A stretch of DNA of 64,000 bases, from the IMG/VR virus record IMGVR_UViG_3300043434_000674, one strand, 5' to 3'. The notes under the pieces were generated by a model. That model made no database searches, was not told the DNA's origin, and saw only the letters and a program-made list of their open reading frames with translations. Of this stretch, positions 18,892-28,560 are shown one piece after another. Within the stretch, counting starts at the first letter, position 1; every line of letters starts with the position of its first letter. The stretch is from an uncultured virus (IMG/VR IMGVR_UViG_3300043434_000674) (taxonomy: Duplodnaviria; Heunggongvirae; Uroviricota; Caudoviricetes). Position numbers and translations under genes: made by a program.

Positions 18892-20124
18892 ATGTATTTA
18901 GAATACTTTGATAAATTCTATGATATGCTCCCGTATCTTCATATTAACAAAGAAGAATGGAGTTACATCAAAAAAACATTTGATAGAGAAGATGTAAAAG
19001 AATCTCTAGCAAGAGTAGCAGCAACATATGAAATCCCATATGCTGATATCACCGAAGAAGAAGCAAGAAAAGAATATCTTAAACTAAAAGGTTTCAGATG
19101 GCAAGAACTTTTTACAGAAGGTGATTGGGTGCCACGAAAGGCAGCCGAATCTCGATATCCCTTAACATTTCAAGGAAAAAATCAATTTGTAAGACGTATT
19201 AACACAGGTAACGCCGCATCTAATTACTTTCAACAAGCAAATCGTTGGAGTGTAGATGGAACGGTCTCGCCTGGGCCATACCGTACTTGGAATAACCCTG
19301 ATTTTATGTTCTCACTTATGGGTGGATTATATACCTTAAAGTTTGATGAAATTACCAAAAACACACTAAGAACTTGCTTATCCCTACGAAAGTATATTTG
19401 TTCGCAATTTAAACCAAATGTTGCAAAAGTATTATATGATTACGTTGAAGCAAAAAACGTATTAGATATTTCTGCAGGATGGGGTGATAGATTATGTGGT
19501 TTTTATGCATCTGAATTTGGAGAACATTTTGTGGGTATAGACCCTCGTACTGAAAATCATCCAATTTATAGAGAACAAGCAGATTTTTACGAAAAACATA
19601 ATGGATTTTTTGAAACCAAAAAGAAATCAACCTTTTATGAATCCCCTGCTGAAGATTTAGATTTGAGTGAGTATAAAGAATATTTTGATATTGTATTCAG
19701 CTCACCTCCATATTTCAACGTAGAGAGATATTCATACGATGATACTCAAAGTTGGGTTCGATATAAAACAATCGATGAATGGAATAAAAACTTCTTACAT
19801 AAGACAATTGCTAATGTTTGGCCTACTATTAAAAAAGGTGGTTACTTAGCAGTGAACATTGCAGATGTCTACGCATCATCAAAAGGTGATGGTAAAGGAC
19901 AACAAGAAATTACCAACCCTATGAACGATTTTATCTCCACTTTAGAAGGTGCAGAGTATCAAGGGTGTTTGGGTATGGAAATGGCCAAAAGACCGGGTTC
20001 TGCCGGGGCAGGAATGATTATAGATGGTGATGAAGAAAGATATTCCGAAGAAGAATTGAAAAAGAACGAAGAAGCCAAAGATAAAACATTCTGTGAGCCG
20101 ATATGGATATTTCGTAAAATGTAA
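18892..20124 (+). CDS. Amino-methyltransferase-like protein (SPPY type), paralog 2
   Basis: LDISAGWGDR, GIDP, FSSPPYF, C-terminal EPIWIF. Confidence 0.8.
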   Translation: MYLEYFDKFYDMLPYLHINKEEWSYIKKTFDREDVKESLARVAATYEIPYADITEEEARKEYLKLKGFRWQELFTEGDWVPRKAAESRYPLTFQGKNQFVRRINTGNAASNYFQQANRWSVDGTVSPGPYRTWNNPDFMFSLMGGLYTLKFDEITKNTLRTCLSLRKYICSQFKPNVAKVLYDYVEAKNVLDISAGWGDRLCGFYASEFGEHFVGIDPRTENHPIYREQADFYEKHNGFFETKKKSTFYESPAEDLDLSEYKEYFDIVFSSPPYFNVERYSYDDTQSWVRYKTIDEWNKNFLHKTIANVWPTIKKGGYLAVNIADVYASSKGDGKGQQEITNPMNDFISTLEGAEYQGCLGMEMAKRPGSAGAGMIIDGDEERYSEEELKKNEEAKDKTFCEPIWIFRKM

Positions 20125-20128
20125 TTAA

Positions 20129-21301
20129 ATGCAAATAGAATTATCACATTCAATCAAAAATGATAAATACACACAATATGTGTATGATACATTTGATATT
20201 CAAAACAAAGAGGAAACGAGAGTAATTATTCCAATGGATATTTCATCTCTAAACTCATTTGATTGGAATATTGGTGTCATTTATGGTAGCAGTGGTAGTG
20301 GTAAATCTACTATATTAAAAGAATTAGGTGGTATCAATAAAATTCAGTTTGATAGTGAAAAATCATTAATTTCAAATTTTGATTGGTTAGAACCGAGTGA
20401 AGCAGGAAAGGTTTTAACATCAATGGGATTATCATCCATACCAACATGGTTACGTCCTTTTCACTTATTAAGTAACGGAGAACAATATAGAGCTGAATTA
20501 GCATATTTAGTTTCTTCTGCAAAAGATGGCGATACTATTTTAATAGATGAATATACATCAGTAGTAGATAGAGATGTTGCAAAGGCAATGTCGTTTGCAT
20601 TACAAAAATATATTCGTAGAGAAAATAAAAAGATTATTCTAGCATCGTGTCATAACGATATAATGCAGTGGTTGATGCCTGATTGGACACTTTCACCCCA
20701 AAAAGGAGGCACACTCGAAAGAGGTGAATGGCTTCGGCAAGGAAGACCAAACATCGAACTTCAAATTAGTAGGGTTGAACCTAAAGCTTGGGATTTCTTC
20801 AAAAAACATCATTATCTAACAGAAAATGTAAATAACACTTACATTTTTTTATTGTTTGAATGGAATGGTAACCCCGTTGCAATAAATGTAATTGGAAGAC
20901 ATATTGGTAGAAATAGTGTAGAAAAATCTTTTAGAGAAAGCAGGATTGTAGTTAATCCAGATTATCAAGGAATGGGTATTGGTAGTAAAGTATCTGAATT
21001 TTGTGCAGGAATTATAAAAAATACTAATGCAAAATATTATACTAAAACAGTAAATCCTGCATTAGGTGAATATAGAGAAAATAATCCAAATTGGAAACCA
21101 ACACCATTTAATGGTAAAATCCGAACTGATAAAAATTTACAAAAAAATGCATATACAATGTTGAAATTAAGAGCATCATATTGTCATGAATATGTTGGAA
21201 ACCCAATAGAAGGATATGATGAATTATTACAACCTATTTCAGAAATGCGTAATAATAATATTGTAAATAAAAAAATGTTAAATAAATTTTTTCAATTTTA
21301 G
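20129..21301 (+). CDS. ABC-type ATPase fused to a GNAT (Mom-like) acyltransferase
   Basis: GSSGSGKS, LSNGE signature, LIDE, ASCH; C-terminal HHYL and RIVVNPDYQGMGIG acetyl-CoA motif. Confidence 0.85.
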   Translation: MQIELSHSIKNDKYTQYVYDTFDIQNKEETRVIIPMDISSLNSFDWNIGVIYGSSGSGKSTILKELGGINKIQFDSEKSLISNFDWLEPSEAGKVLTSMGLSSIPTWLRPFHLLSNGEQYRAELAYLVSSAKDGDTILIDEYTSVVDRDVAKAMSFALQKYIRRENKKIILASCHNDIMQWLMPDWTLSPQKGGTLERGEWLRQGRPNIELQISRVEPKAWDFFKKHHYLTENVNNTYIFLLFEWNGNPVAINVIGRHIGRNSVEKSFRESRIVVNPDYQGMGIGSKVSEFCAGIIKNTNAKYYTKTVNPALGEYRENNPNWKPTPFNGKIRTDKNLQKNAYTMLKLRASYCHEYVGNPIEGYDELLQPISEMRNNNIVNKKMLNKFFQF

Positions 21302-21334
21302 TTTGGAAATGTTAAAAAAATATAGTATCTTTGT
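21302..21334 (+). promoter_or_regulatory. Bacteroidota-type promoter for the TS-AsnB-PLP unit
   Basis: TTTGGAAATGTTAAAAAAATATAGTATCTTTGT. Confidence 0.8.
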
Positions 21335-21363
21335 TAGGATACTAAAACTATAAATAAAATAAT

Positions 21364-22062
21364 ATGACAGTAATTGAAGCAACATCTCCCGGCGATGCAT
21401 GGGTAAAGGTATCTAAACATCTTATTGCAAACGGAGTAAAAGTAGGTGATTTAACCGAAGAATTAAATGTGATGACTGAAATCACAGAATTTCAATCTGA
21501 TGATTGGTTTGACCCTCATTTTAGAGAAATTATGGGTGATGATAGAATTGATTATGCAAAGACCGTAACATTCTTAGAACCACAACCATTTGTTTCAGAT
21601 AGTCCATTTTTTCAAGCAGAAGAAGGATTGGAATATAAATTTATCAAAGATAAATGGAGTGATTCATATTGGGGTAGAATGGTTGCATGGCAAGGAACAT
21701 TCAATCAGGTAGAAAACGTAATTAAAATCTTAAAAACTGGTAAAGCAGTTAAAAGATGTGAATTGATTATCTTTGACCCGAGTAGAGATGCTAGAAATCC
21801 ATACTCACAACCTTGTATGTTAGCAATTGATATTAAACCTCGTAATGGTAAAATCTACCTAACATCAATCATTCGTTCAAATAGAGTATCGAAATCAGGT
21901 TATGCAGATTATACTGCGTTAGTTGAGATGGGTAAATTCTTAGCGAAAGAAAGTAATATGGAATTAGGAAAGGTATCAGTTTTAGCATGTTCTTGTCATA
22001 TCGGTAAGATGAATGATGAAACTAAAAAAACTCATAAGTTATTAGAAGTATTAAATAGATAA
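21364..22062 (+). CDS. Atypical thymidylate synthase / dCMP hydroxymethylase-family protein
   Basis: YWGR, catalytic QPC, RSNRVSKSGYAD (cf. TS RSCDVFLGLPFN, T4 gp42 RSNDVVFGFRND), SCHI. Confidence 0.75.
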   Translation: MTVIEATSPGDAWVKVSKHLIANGVKVGDLTEELNVMTEITEFQSDDWFDPHFREIMGDDRIDYAKTVTFLEPQPFVSDSPFFQAEEGLEYKFIKDKWSDSYWGRMVAWQGTFNQVENVIKILKTGKAVKRCELIIFDPSRDARNPYSQPCMLAIDIKPRNGKIYLTSIIRSNRVSKSGYADYTALVEMGKFLAKESNMELGKVSVLACSCHIGKMNDETKKTHKLLEVLNR

Positions 22063-22063
22063 T

Positions 22064-23569
22064 ATGTGTGGAATCGTAGCAACCATAGGTTATAATAAAG
22101 AAGATGTCAATGAAATGCTTGAAACTATCGAACATCGTGGTAGAGATAATCGCGGTATTAGAGAATTTAAGTATGGAGATAAACATATTATTTTAGGTCA
22201 TAATCGTTTATCAATTAATGATACATCTCCATTAGGTAATCAACCGATGGAATACGATGGTGTTCAATTAGTTGTAAATGGTGAGATTTGGAATTACCCA
22301 ACGTTGCGTAAAGAATACGAAGAACGTGGGTATGTATTCAAATCTAATTCAGATTCAGAAATTATTCTATTTTTATATAAAGAAGGTGAATTAAAAAGAT
22401 TAGATGGAATGTTTTCATTCATCATCTACGATAATAATAAATTGATATTATCAAGAGATTGGGTTGGTAAATTACCACTTTACATCTATAATACAAACCA
22501 ATATATTGTAGCAAGTGAATTGAAAGCAATTACTACTCAGCATAAAACTTCGGATATTAAATTTGTTCCAAAAAATAGTTTAGTTGAAATTGATTTAGAT
22601 ACTGATAAACTTACTATTCATTCTAATTATTATTTCCAATTTTCATCCGAACCAACGAAAGTTGAATCACATGATGAGGTTAGAGATACTACTTTTAAAT
22701 TATTAGAACGTGCGGTAGATAAAAGATTATTGGCAGATGTTCCGATTGCAACATCTTTGAGTGGTGGTATTGATTCTGCAGTTATTACTTATTTACTTTC
22801 ACAACGAATTCCTAACTTAAAAGCATATACCATTGCATTTGATGAAACCTCAAAAGATTTACAAAAGGCAAGAGTATGTGCAAAGTATTTAGGAGTAGAA
22901 TTGATTGAGGTATTCGTGCCTAAAAACGATGAGATAATCAAACAAAGATTCTTAGATTCAATTAAAGTAATTGAATACCCATCAACCGTTCAAATGGAAG
23001 TAGGTATTTTACAATCATTCATTGCAGAACAAATGGCAAGTGATGGAATCAAAGTAGCATTTAGTGGTGAGGGTAGTGATGAATCATATGGTTCATATGG
23101 AACTTTTCGTATGTTCAGTAAGAAACCAGATTGGAGTGATGTCCGTAAAAAATTATTTGAAAAACAATACTACGGAAATTTACTAAGAGGAAATACTATC
23201 TTTATGAATTATGGAACAATCGAATTAAGATGTCCATTCTTTGATACTGATTTCTTAAACTATACTACGAACTTAACTGATGAATTTCTTTGTAAAGGTG
23301 GACAATGGAAATTACCACTTGCAAATGCATTTAGAGGAAAATTACCAGATGAGATATTAGACCAAGAAAAGAGGGCATTCCAAAAAGGAACTAACTTTAA
23401 ACAATACATAGAAGAAATTATCTTAAATGACCCGAATATCAATTTTAAGAATAGAAAAAAAATGATTAACGTTATCGGTGATAATTTTGAAAAAATACAT
23501 GGATTCTCTCATAGAAAAATGAAAGGAGAATTAACATCAAACGCAGGAGGGATATACCAATGGATTTAG
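22064..23569 (+). CDS. Asparagine synthetase B-like amidotransferase (class II GATase + PP-loop ATPase)
   Basis: MCGI, HRG, HNRLSI, NGEIWN, SDSE, SLSGGIDS, SGEGSDE, ELRCPF. Confidence 0.9.
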   Translation: MCGIVATIGYNKEDVNEMLETIEHRGRDNRGIREFKYGDKHIILGHNRLSINDTSPLGNQPMEYDGVQLVVNGEIWNYPTLRKEYEERGYVFKSNSDSEIILFLYKEGELKRLDGMFSFIIYDNNKLILSRDWVGKLPLYIYNTNQYIVASELKAITTQHKTSDIKFVPKNSLVEIDLDTDKLTIHSNYYFQFSSEPTKVESHDEVRDTTFKLLERAVDKRLLADVPIATSLSGGIDSAVITYLLSQRIPNLKAYTIAFDETSKDLQKARVCAKYLGVELIEVFVPKNDEIIKQRFLDSIKVIEYPSTVQMEVGILQSFIAEQMASDGIKVAFSGEGSDESYGSYGTFRMFSKKPDWSDVRKKLFEKQYYGNLLRGNTIFMNYGTIELRCPFFDTDFLNYTTNLTDEFLCKGGQWKLPLANAFRGKLPDEILDQEKRAFQKGTNFKQYIEEIILNDPNINFKNRKKMINVIGDNFEKIHGFSHRKMKGELTSNAGGIYQWI

Positions 23570-24399
23570 GATTGAAAGGATTGAACGAAGATACTCCATT
23601 AGAACTTTACCATATTAAAGGTAGAGAAGTGTGGGTAAAAAGAGATGATTTGATGGGTGATGGACAACTATTACCTCCGTGGGGAAAAGTAGCAGCATTA
23701 TACGAATTAGTAAAAAAGTATGTAGATAAATCTAAACCATTAACCCACCTTTCAGTAGATGGAAGTTGGACAGGTTGGGCACTAGCAGCAATTTGTGAAG
23801 ATTTGGATATCGAATTTCATGTATCATATCCTGATTCAAAGAAAATCTCACAAGAATATTTGAGTATGATTAAGGAAATGTTTCCAAAGGTTCATATGAA
23901 TCCAATCAGACCCAATATGATGCAAATTATGTATAATTCACTAAAGAAGATAGCATCTGAAAATGGATGGCAAATGCTACCTTACGCTTTTGACCACGAT
24001 TTCTACAAAGATTACCTTGCAGATAGAATTCAACCATTTACACATTTTGATAATTTAGTTGTATCATCGGGTAGTGGTGTGACCTTAGCAGGTTTAGTAA
24101 GAGGTTATTATAGAGAAGAATTAAAAGAATTTTTTCCAAAAGTAAAGAGAAAAGTTTGGACAACGTGTGTATCATCTGAAAGTTCAATTAACAAAACACT
24201 TAAACGAAGTGGTATTCCAATTCCATTAAATATAAGAAAATCAGAATATCTTTTTGAGGATAGATTGGAAGGCTATTCAGCACCATTCCCTTGTAATCAA
24301 TTTTGGGATATTAAACAATGGAAGTGGTTAGAAGAAAACATTGATGAAATTGAAGGAACTATTTTATTTTGGAATGTTGGTGGAATTTATAAATTTTAA
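23560..24399 (+). CDS. PLP-dependent enzyme, fold type II (ACC deaminase / D-cysteine desulfhydrase-like)
   Basis: TPL...VWVKRDDL, WGK (putative Schiff-base Lys), VSSGSGVT, LFWNVG. Confidence 0.8.
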   Translation: MDLGLKGLNEDTPLELYHIKGREVWVKRDDLMGDGQLLPPWGKVAALYELVKKYVDKSKPLTHLSVDGSWTGWALAAICEDLDIEFHVSYPDSKKISQEYLSMIKEMFPKVHMNPIRPNMMQIMYNSLKKIASENGWQMLPYAFDHDFYKDYLADRIQPFTHFDNLVVSSGSGVTLAGLVRGYYREELKEFFPKVKRKVWTTCVSSESSINKTLKRSGIPIPLNIRKSEYLFEDRLEGYSAPFPCNQFWDIKQWKWLEENIDEIEGTILFWNVGGIYKF

Positions 24400-24417
24400 A
24401 AAATAAATACCTTTTTA

Positions 24418-24450
24418 TTTGGAAATGTAAAAAATTATTTGTATATTTGG
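24418..24450 (+). promoter_or_regulatory. Bacteroidota-type promoter
   Basis: TTTGGAAATGTAAAAAATTATTTGTATATTTGG. Confidence 0.8.
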
Positions 24451-24483
24451 ATATAAGATTAAGAGATATAAAACTTAAAATAA

Positions 24484-25974
24484 ATGGAAAAATTTAAAAC
24501 AGGATTAGGGTATTTAACTTCAGATGAACTAACATTAAATGTAGGTGGAAAGACAATTAGACAACGTTTACAAGTCAAACAAGGATTTGATATTCGTATG
24601 TATCGTGGCGAGCCTAATAAAAACAATGGTATGTCTTTGGCTGATTTAACAATGGGTAAGTGTGATAAAATTGATACTATCAATTTTGAAAATATTTCAA
24701 ATAAAATAGTAATACCAACTAGATTTCAAAGAAAATTTGTTAAAGACCTCAAAGGTAAACAATCAATCATTAAGGCAATATTTAACAATCAATTAACAAA
24801 TCCCTTATATTTTTCATATCGTAGAGAAGAGGATATTTTAGAAATTATAGATGGTCAACAACGCTGGTCTACATTAATAAAATTTATTACAAACGAATTT
24901 GCGTTAGGTAAAGGAACTTTTATTACCGGCAAATTTAAATTAAAAGTAGATATTTCCGGATTAACCTATAAACAAATCGTAGAAGAACTTCCTAATGGTA
25001 AGGAATTAATCGAAGATGTATTTTATTCAACATATTTACCAGTTGTATTATATGAGGGAACTGAAGAAGAAATTAGACAATTATTTAAAGATTTGAATAC
25101 TGGTTCCACTAATTTAGTGAATATCGAAATTTTATTAGCAACCGAATCAGCGTTATACGAACAAGCACGAAAATGGAATGATACTATCAATTTTGATAAA
25201 GTTGGAATTGAAACTAATAGATTTACGGCAGCTGATTTAATTCTTAGATTGTATTATTATTATAAAATTGGTCCAAAAAAAGTAAATAAAAAAGATTTGG
25301 AATCCCTTTGTAAATCATCATTAGATTTAAAATTTACTAAGACTATAAATGATATCGATAAATTCATTGAAGCAATACCACCAACTGCAGTTAAAGAATA
25401 TGGTAAAGGTTCAATTCGTTTATTAATGTATATTTTAATTGATTTACGAAAAGAGTATGATGTATTGATTACTGATTATGATAAATTATTTGTATATTTT
25501 AATACAATGTATAAATATTTTATGAAATCAAAAGGTAAAGTTACTATCGGAGTTAAAGAATCGTGGTGGATTACTGATATGGCCAGACGAGATGATAAAG
25601 ATGTTATCATTACATTATCAAACGAAACAGATTTTTATTTACAACAGCAATTAAAGAATGTCAATGGCGATTTGGAAAAATTTAATGAATCGTCTGGTAT
25701 TCAACTTCGAGAATTAAGCAGAAATATAAATAAATTACAACGTTGGGAGGTATTATTAAATCAGGATTCAATCTGTCCTCATTGTGGTAAGAGAGTTTAT
25801 ATTGGAGATGAGGCTCACCACCTTAAAAAATATTCTAAAGGAGGTCCAAACGAAGTTGCCAATATGGTTATATTACACAAACCATGTCATAAGGAAGTTC
25901 ATGAAAATGATAAACCATTGAATGAAAATGAAATAACTTTAGATGAATTTGATGAAAATGATTTTGATAATTAA
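24484..25974 (+). CDS. DUF262 (ParB-like, GmrSD N-terminal) domain + C-terminal HNH nuclease
   Basis: FQRKFV, IIDGQQR, LFKDLNTG; CPHCG...EAHH...GG....NMVILHKPCH. Confidence 0.85.
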   Translation: MEKFKTGLGYLTSDELTLNVGGKTIRQRLQVKQGFDIRMYRGEPNKNNGMSLADLTMGKCDKIDTINFENISNKIVIPTRFQRKFVKDLKGKQSIIKAIFNNQLTNPLYFSYRREEDILEIIDGQQRWSTLIKFITNEFALGKGTFITGKFKLKVDISGLTYKQIVEELPNGKELIEDVFYSTYLPVVLYEGTEEEIRQLFKDLNTGSTNLVNIEILLATESALYEQARKWNDTINFDKVGIETNRFTAADLILRLYYYYKIGPKKVNKKDLESLCKSSLDLKFTKTINDIDKFIEAIPPTAVKEYGKGSIRLLMYILIDLRKEYDVLITDYDKLFVYFNTMYKYFMKSKGKVTIGVKESWWITDMARRDDKDVIITLSNETDFYLQQQLKNVNGDLEKFNESSGIQLRELSRNINKLQRWEVLLNQDSICPHCGKRVYIGDEAHHLKKYSKGGPNEVANMVILHKPCHKEVHENDKPLNENEITLDEFDENDFDN

Positions 25975-25990
25975 ATCATCAAAATCATTT
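25956..25990 (+). terminator. Perfect 13-bp inverted repeat overlapping the polymerase promoter
   Basis: AAATGATTTTGAT-N9-ATCAAAATCATTT; AT-rich stem with no clear U tract. Confidence 0.4.
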
Positions 25991-26020
25991 GGAAATACGA
26001 AATCTTTTTCGTATCTTTGT
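25988..26020 (+). promoter_or_regulatory. Bacteroidota-type promoter
   Basis: TTTGGAAATACGAAATCTTTTTCGTATCTTTGT. Confidence 0.8.
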
Positions 26021-26042
26021 AGAACAATAAAAATAAATAATT

Positions 26043-28550
26043 TTGTATAAAAACGTCTATTTTCAACGAGAGAAAAATACTGTCCATTTATGGGATGATC
26101 ATTTAGGATACAGAACATTTCCATACACTCGTTACGCATATGAACCTGCAACGAATGGAACATTCCGTTCTATCTATGGTGATAAACTTACCAAAATCTA
26201 CAAATTTAAAGGAGATGATCCTAATTTATTTGAATCAGATGTACCTGAAACTACCAGAGTATTGGTAGATACTTATACCGAATCTGATTTACCATCTGAA
26301 GGTATCGTAACAATGACATTCGATATTGAGGTTGAGATGGAATCTGGTCTACCGAATGTTGAAGAAGCTAAGAATGAATTAACTGCAATCGGTTTACAAG
26401 ATAATATCACTAATCAGTATTGGGTATTGATTATGGATAAAAAAGGTAAGATGACCGAACGTAAAACGGATAAGGCAATCATTTTACCATTTAAAGATGA
26501 GAGAGATTTGTGTATGAAGTTCTTAGAACTTTATGAAGGAATTGCTCCCGATGTTTTAACTGGTTGGAATATTGATAATTTCGATATTCCCTATCTTTTT
26601 AATCGTATCAAACGTATCTTAGGAGAACAACACGCAAAAAGATTATCACCAATTGGCCAAGCGTTCTATTCACCATATCGTAATCGTTGGTTCTTTGCAG
26701 GTGTAAGTTGTTTAGATTATTTAGAATTATATAAGAAATTTAACTATAACGAATTACCGAATTATCGTTTGGATACTATCGGAACGATTGAATTAGGTAA
26801 AGGTAAGATTGAGTATCAAGGTTCATTGGATGATTTATTTAATGAAGATATTGAAAAGTTCATTGAGTATAACTTAGTCGATGTTGAAATCGTAGTAGAG
26901 TTAGATAAGAAATTACAATTCATTGATTTATGTCGAGGTATATGTCATGCAGGACACGTTCCATATGAGGATTTCGTATATTCTTCAAAATATTTGGAGG
27001 GTGCATTGTTATGTTTTCTTAAACGTAAAGGATTGGTTGCACCAAACAAACCGGCAGATAGAAAAGAAAAACTTGCAGCATTAAAAGAGGCAGGAGAAGA
27101 AAAGTTTATCGGTGCGTATGTAAAAGACCCGATTGTGGGTAAATATGATTGGGTGTATGACTTGGACTTAACCTCACTATATCCATCAATCATTATGACC
27201 TTAAACATTTCACCTGAAACTAAGGTTAATAAAGTTGAGGATTGGGATGTGCAGAAGTTTATGAAAAAAGAAGTTGATTATTACCAAATGGGTGATGATA
27301 GAATTTCCAGAGATAATTTAGATAGATATATTAAAGAAGGTGATTTAACAATATCATCAAACGGAGTTTTATATCGTAAAGACAAAATGGGATGTATTCC
27401 CGAGATATTAGATATTTGGTTTAATGAAAGGGTTGAATTTAGAAAATTGGAAAAGAAATACGGTCAGGAGGGTGATAAAGAAAAATATGCCTTTTACGGA
27501 AAAAGACAGTTGGTTCAAAAAATTCTTCTTAACTCTCTTTATGGTGTTCTTGGCCTTCCTGCCTTTCGGTTTTACGATGTTGATAATGCGGAGGCAGTTA
27601 CAACTACGGGCCAAACGGTTATTAAGAACACGGCGAATATGGGGAACATCAAATACAACAAAGAATTAGGAACGAAAGATGTGGATTCAAACATCTATAT
27701 TGATACCGATTCTGTATTCTTCTCGGCAGTTCCACTTTTAGACCATAGACATAAAGATTGGAAACAGATGCCAGATAGTGAAGTTGCTGTGTTGGTAGAT
27801 GGTATTGCAGGTGAAGTTCAAGATTACCTAAATCAATTTTACGATATTTTATGTGATAAATTCTTTAATGTTCAAAATCACCGATTAGAAATTAAAAAAG
27901 AATACGTTGCTCGTGCAGGTATTTGGATTGCAAAGAAACGATATGCACAATGGATTATTTCAAACAATGGTATTGCAACTGATAAATTAGATGTTAAAGG
28001 ATTGGATGTTAAACGTTCATCATTCCCTAAAGCATTTCAGGAATGTATGGGAACTGTCTTAATTGATATTCTACGAAGTAAACCAGAGGAAGAAATCACA
28101 GCATTTATTCTTGCATTCAAAAAGAGTATGATGGAAAGACCGGTTAGTGAAATTGCAAAGAACTCTGCAGTTAAAAACTTATCAAAGTATCTACCAAAGA
28201 AAAGACAATTATTTCAATTAGAAAAAGGAGTTCCTGCACACGTTAAAGCAGCAATTCTTTACAATGATTGTTTGAAACATTTTAACGCTCCATTTAAATA
28301 TTCACCGATGAAGGATGGTGATAAAATTAAGTGGGTGTATCTTAAAAACAATCCATTAGGAATTGATGGTTTAGGATTTACTGGTTACGAAGACCCTAAA
28401 GAAATTGTTGATTTCATTTCAACTTATGTAGATCATAATCGAATCTTCGAAGCAGAATTAAAAGGTAAATTACAAGATTTTTACAATGCATTAAGTTGGG
28501 GTGAGGTAATGAGTGAACAAAAAACTGCTGAAAAATTCTTTAGTTTCTAA
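26043..28550 (+). CDS. DNA polymerase, family B (T4 gp43-like), TTG start
   Basis: Exo FDIEV, GWNIDNFD, YNLVD; pol DLTSLYPS, KILLNSLYG, YIDTDS, KKRY; C-terminal QKTAEKFFSF. Confidence 0.95.
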   Translation: MYKNVYFQREKNTVHLWDDHLGYRTFPYTRYAYEPATNGTFRSIYGDKLTKIYKFKGDDPNLFESDVPETTRVLVDTYTESDLPSEGIVTMTFDIEVEMESGLPNVEEAKNELTAIGLQDNITNQYWVLIMDKKGKMTERKTDKAIILPFKDERDLCMKFLELYEGIAPDVLTGWNIDNFDIPYLFNRIKRILGEQHAKRLSPIGQAFYSPYRNRWFFAGVSCLDYLELYKKFNYNELPNYRLDTIGTIELGKGKIEYQGSLDDLFNEDIEKFIEYNLVDVEIVVELDKKLQFIDLCRGICHAGHVPYEDFVYSSKYLEGALLCFLKRKGLVAPNKPADRKEKLAALKEAGEEKFIGAYVKDPIVGKYDWVYDLDLTSLYPSIIMTLNISPETKVNKVEDWDVQKFMKKEVDYYQMGDDRISRDNLDRYIKEGDLTISSNGVLYRKDKMGCIPEILDIWFNERVEFRKLEKKYGQEGDKEKYAFYGKRQLVQKILLNSLYGVLGLPAFRFYDVDNAEAVTTTGQTVIKNTANMGNIKYNKELGTKDVDSNIYIDTDSVFFSAVPLLDHRHKDWKQMPDSEVAVLVDGIAGEVQDYLNQFYDILCDKFFNVQNHRLEIKKEYVARAGIWIAKKRYAQWIISNNGIATDKLDVKGLDVKRSSFPKAFQECMGTVLIDILRSKPEEEITAFILAFKKSMMERPVSEIAKNSAVKNLSKYLPKKRQLFQLEKGVPAHVKAAILYNDCLKHFNAPFKYSPMKDGDKIKWVYLKNNPLGIDGLGFTGYEDPKEIVDFISTYVDHNRIFEAELKGKLQDFYNALSWGEVMSEQKTAEKFFSF

Positions 28551-28560
28551 ATAAAAAAGT

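Noticed and set aside
20129..21301. ABC transporter
   Set aside because: No permease partner; fused to a GNAT domain
21364..22062. Ordinary thymidylate synthase (thyA)
   Set aside because: Lacks the PCH, RSxD, PFN and HxY signatures; has Asp at the Asn177 position
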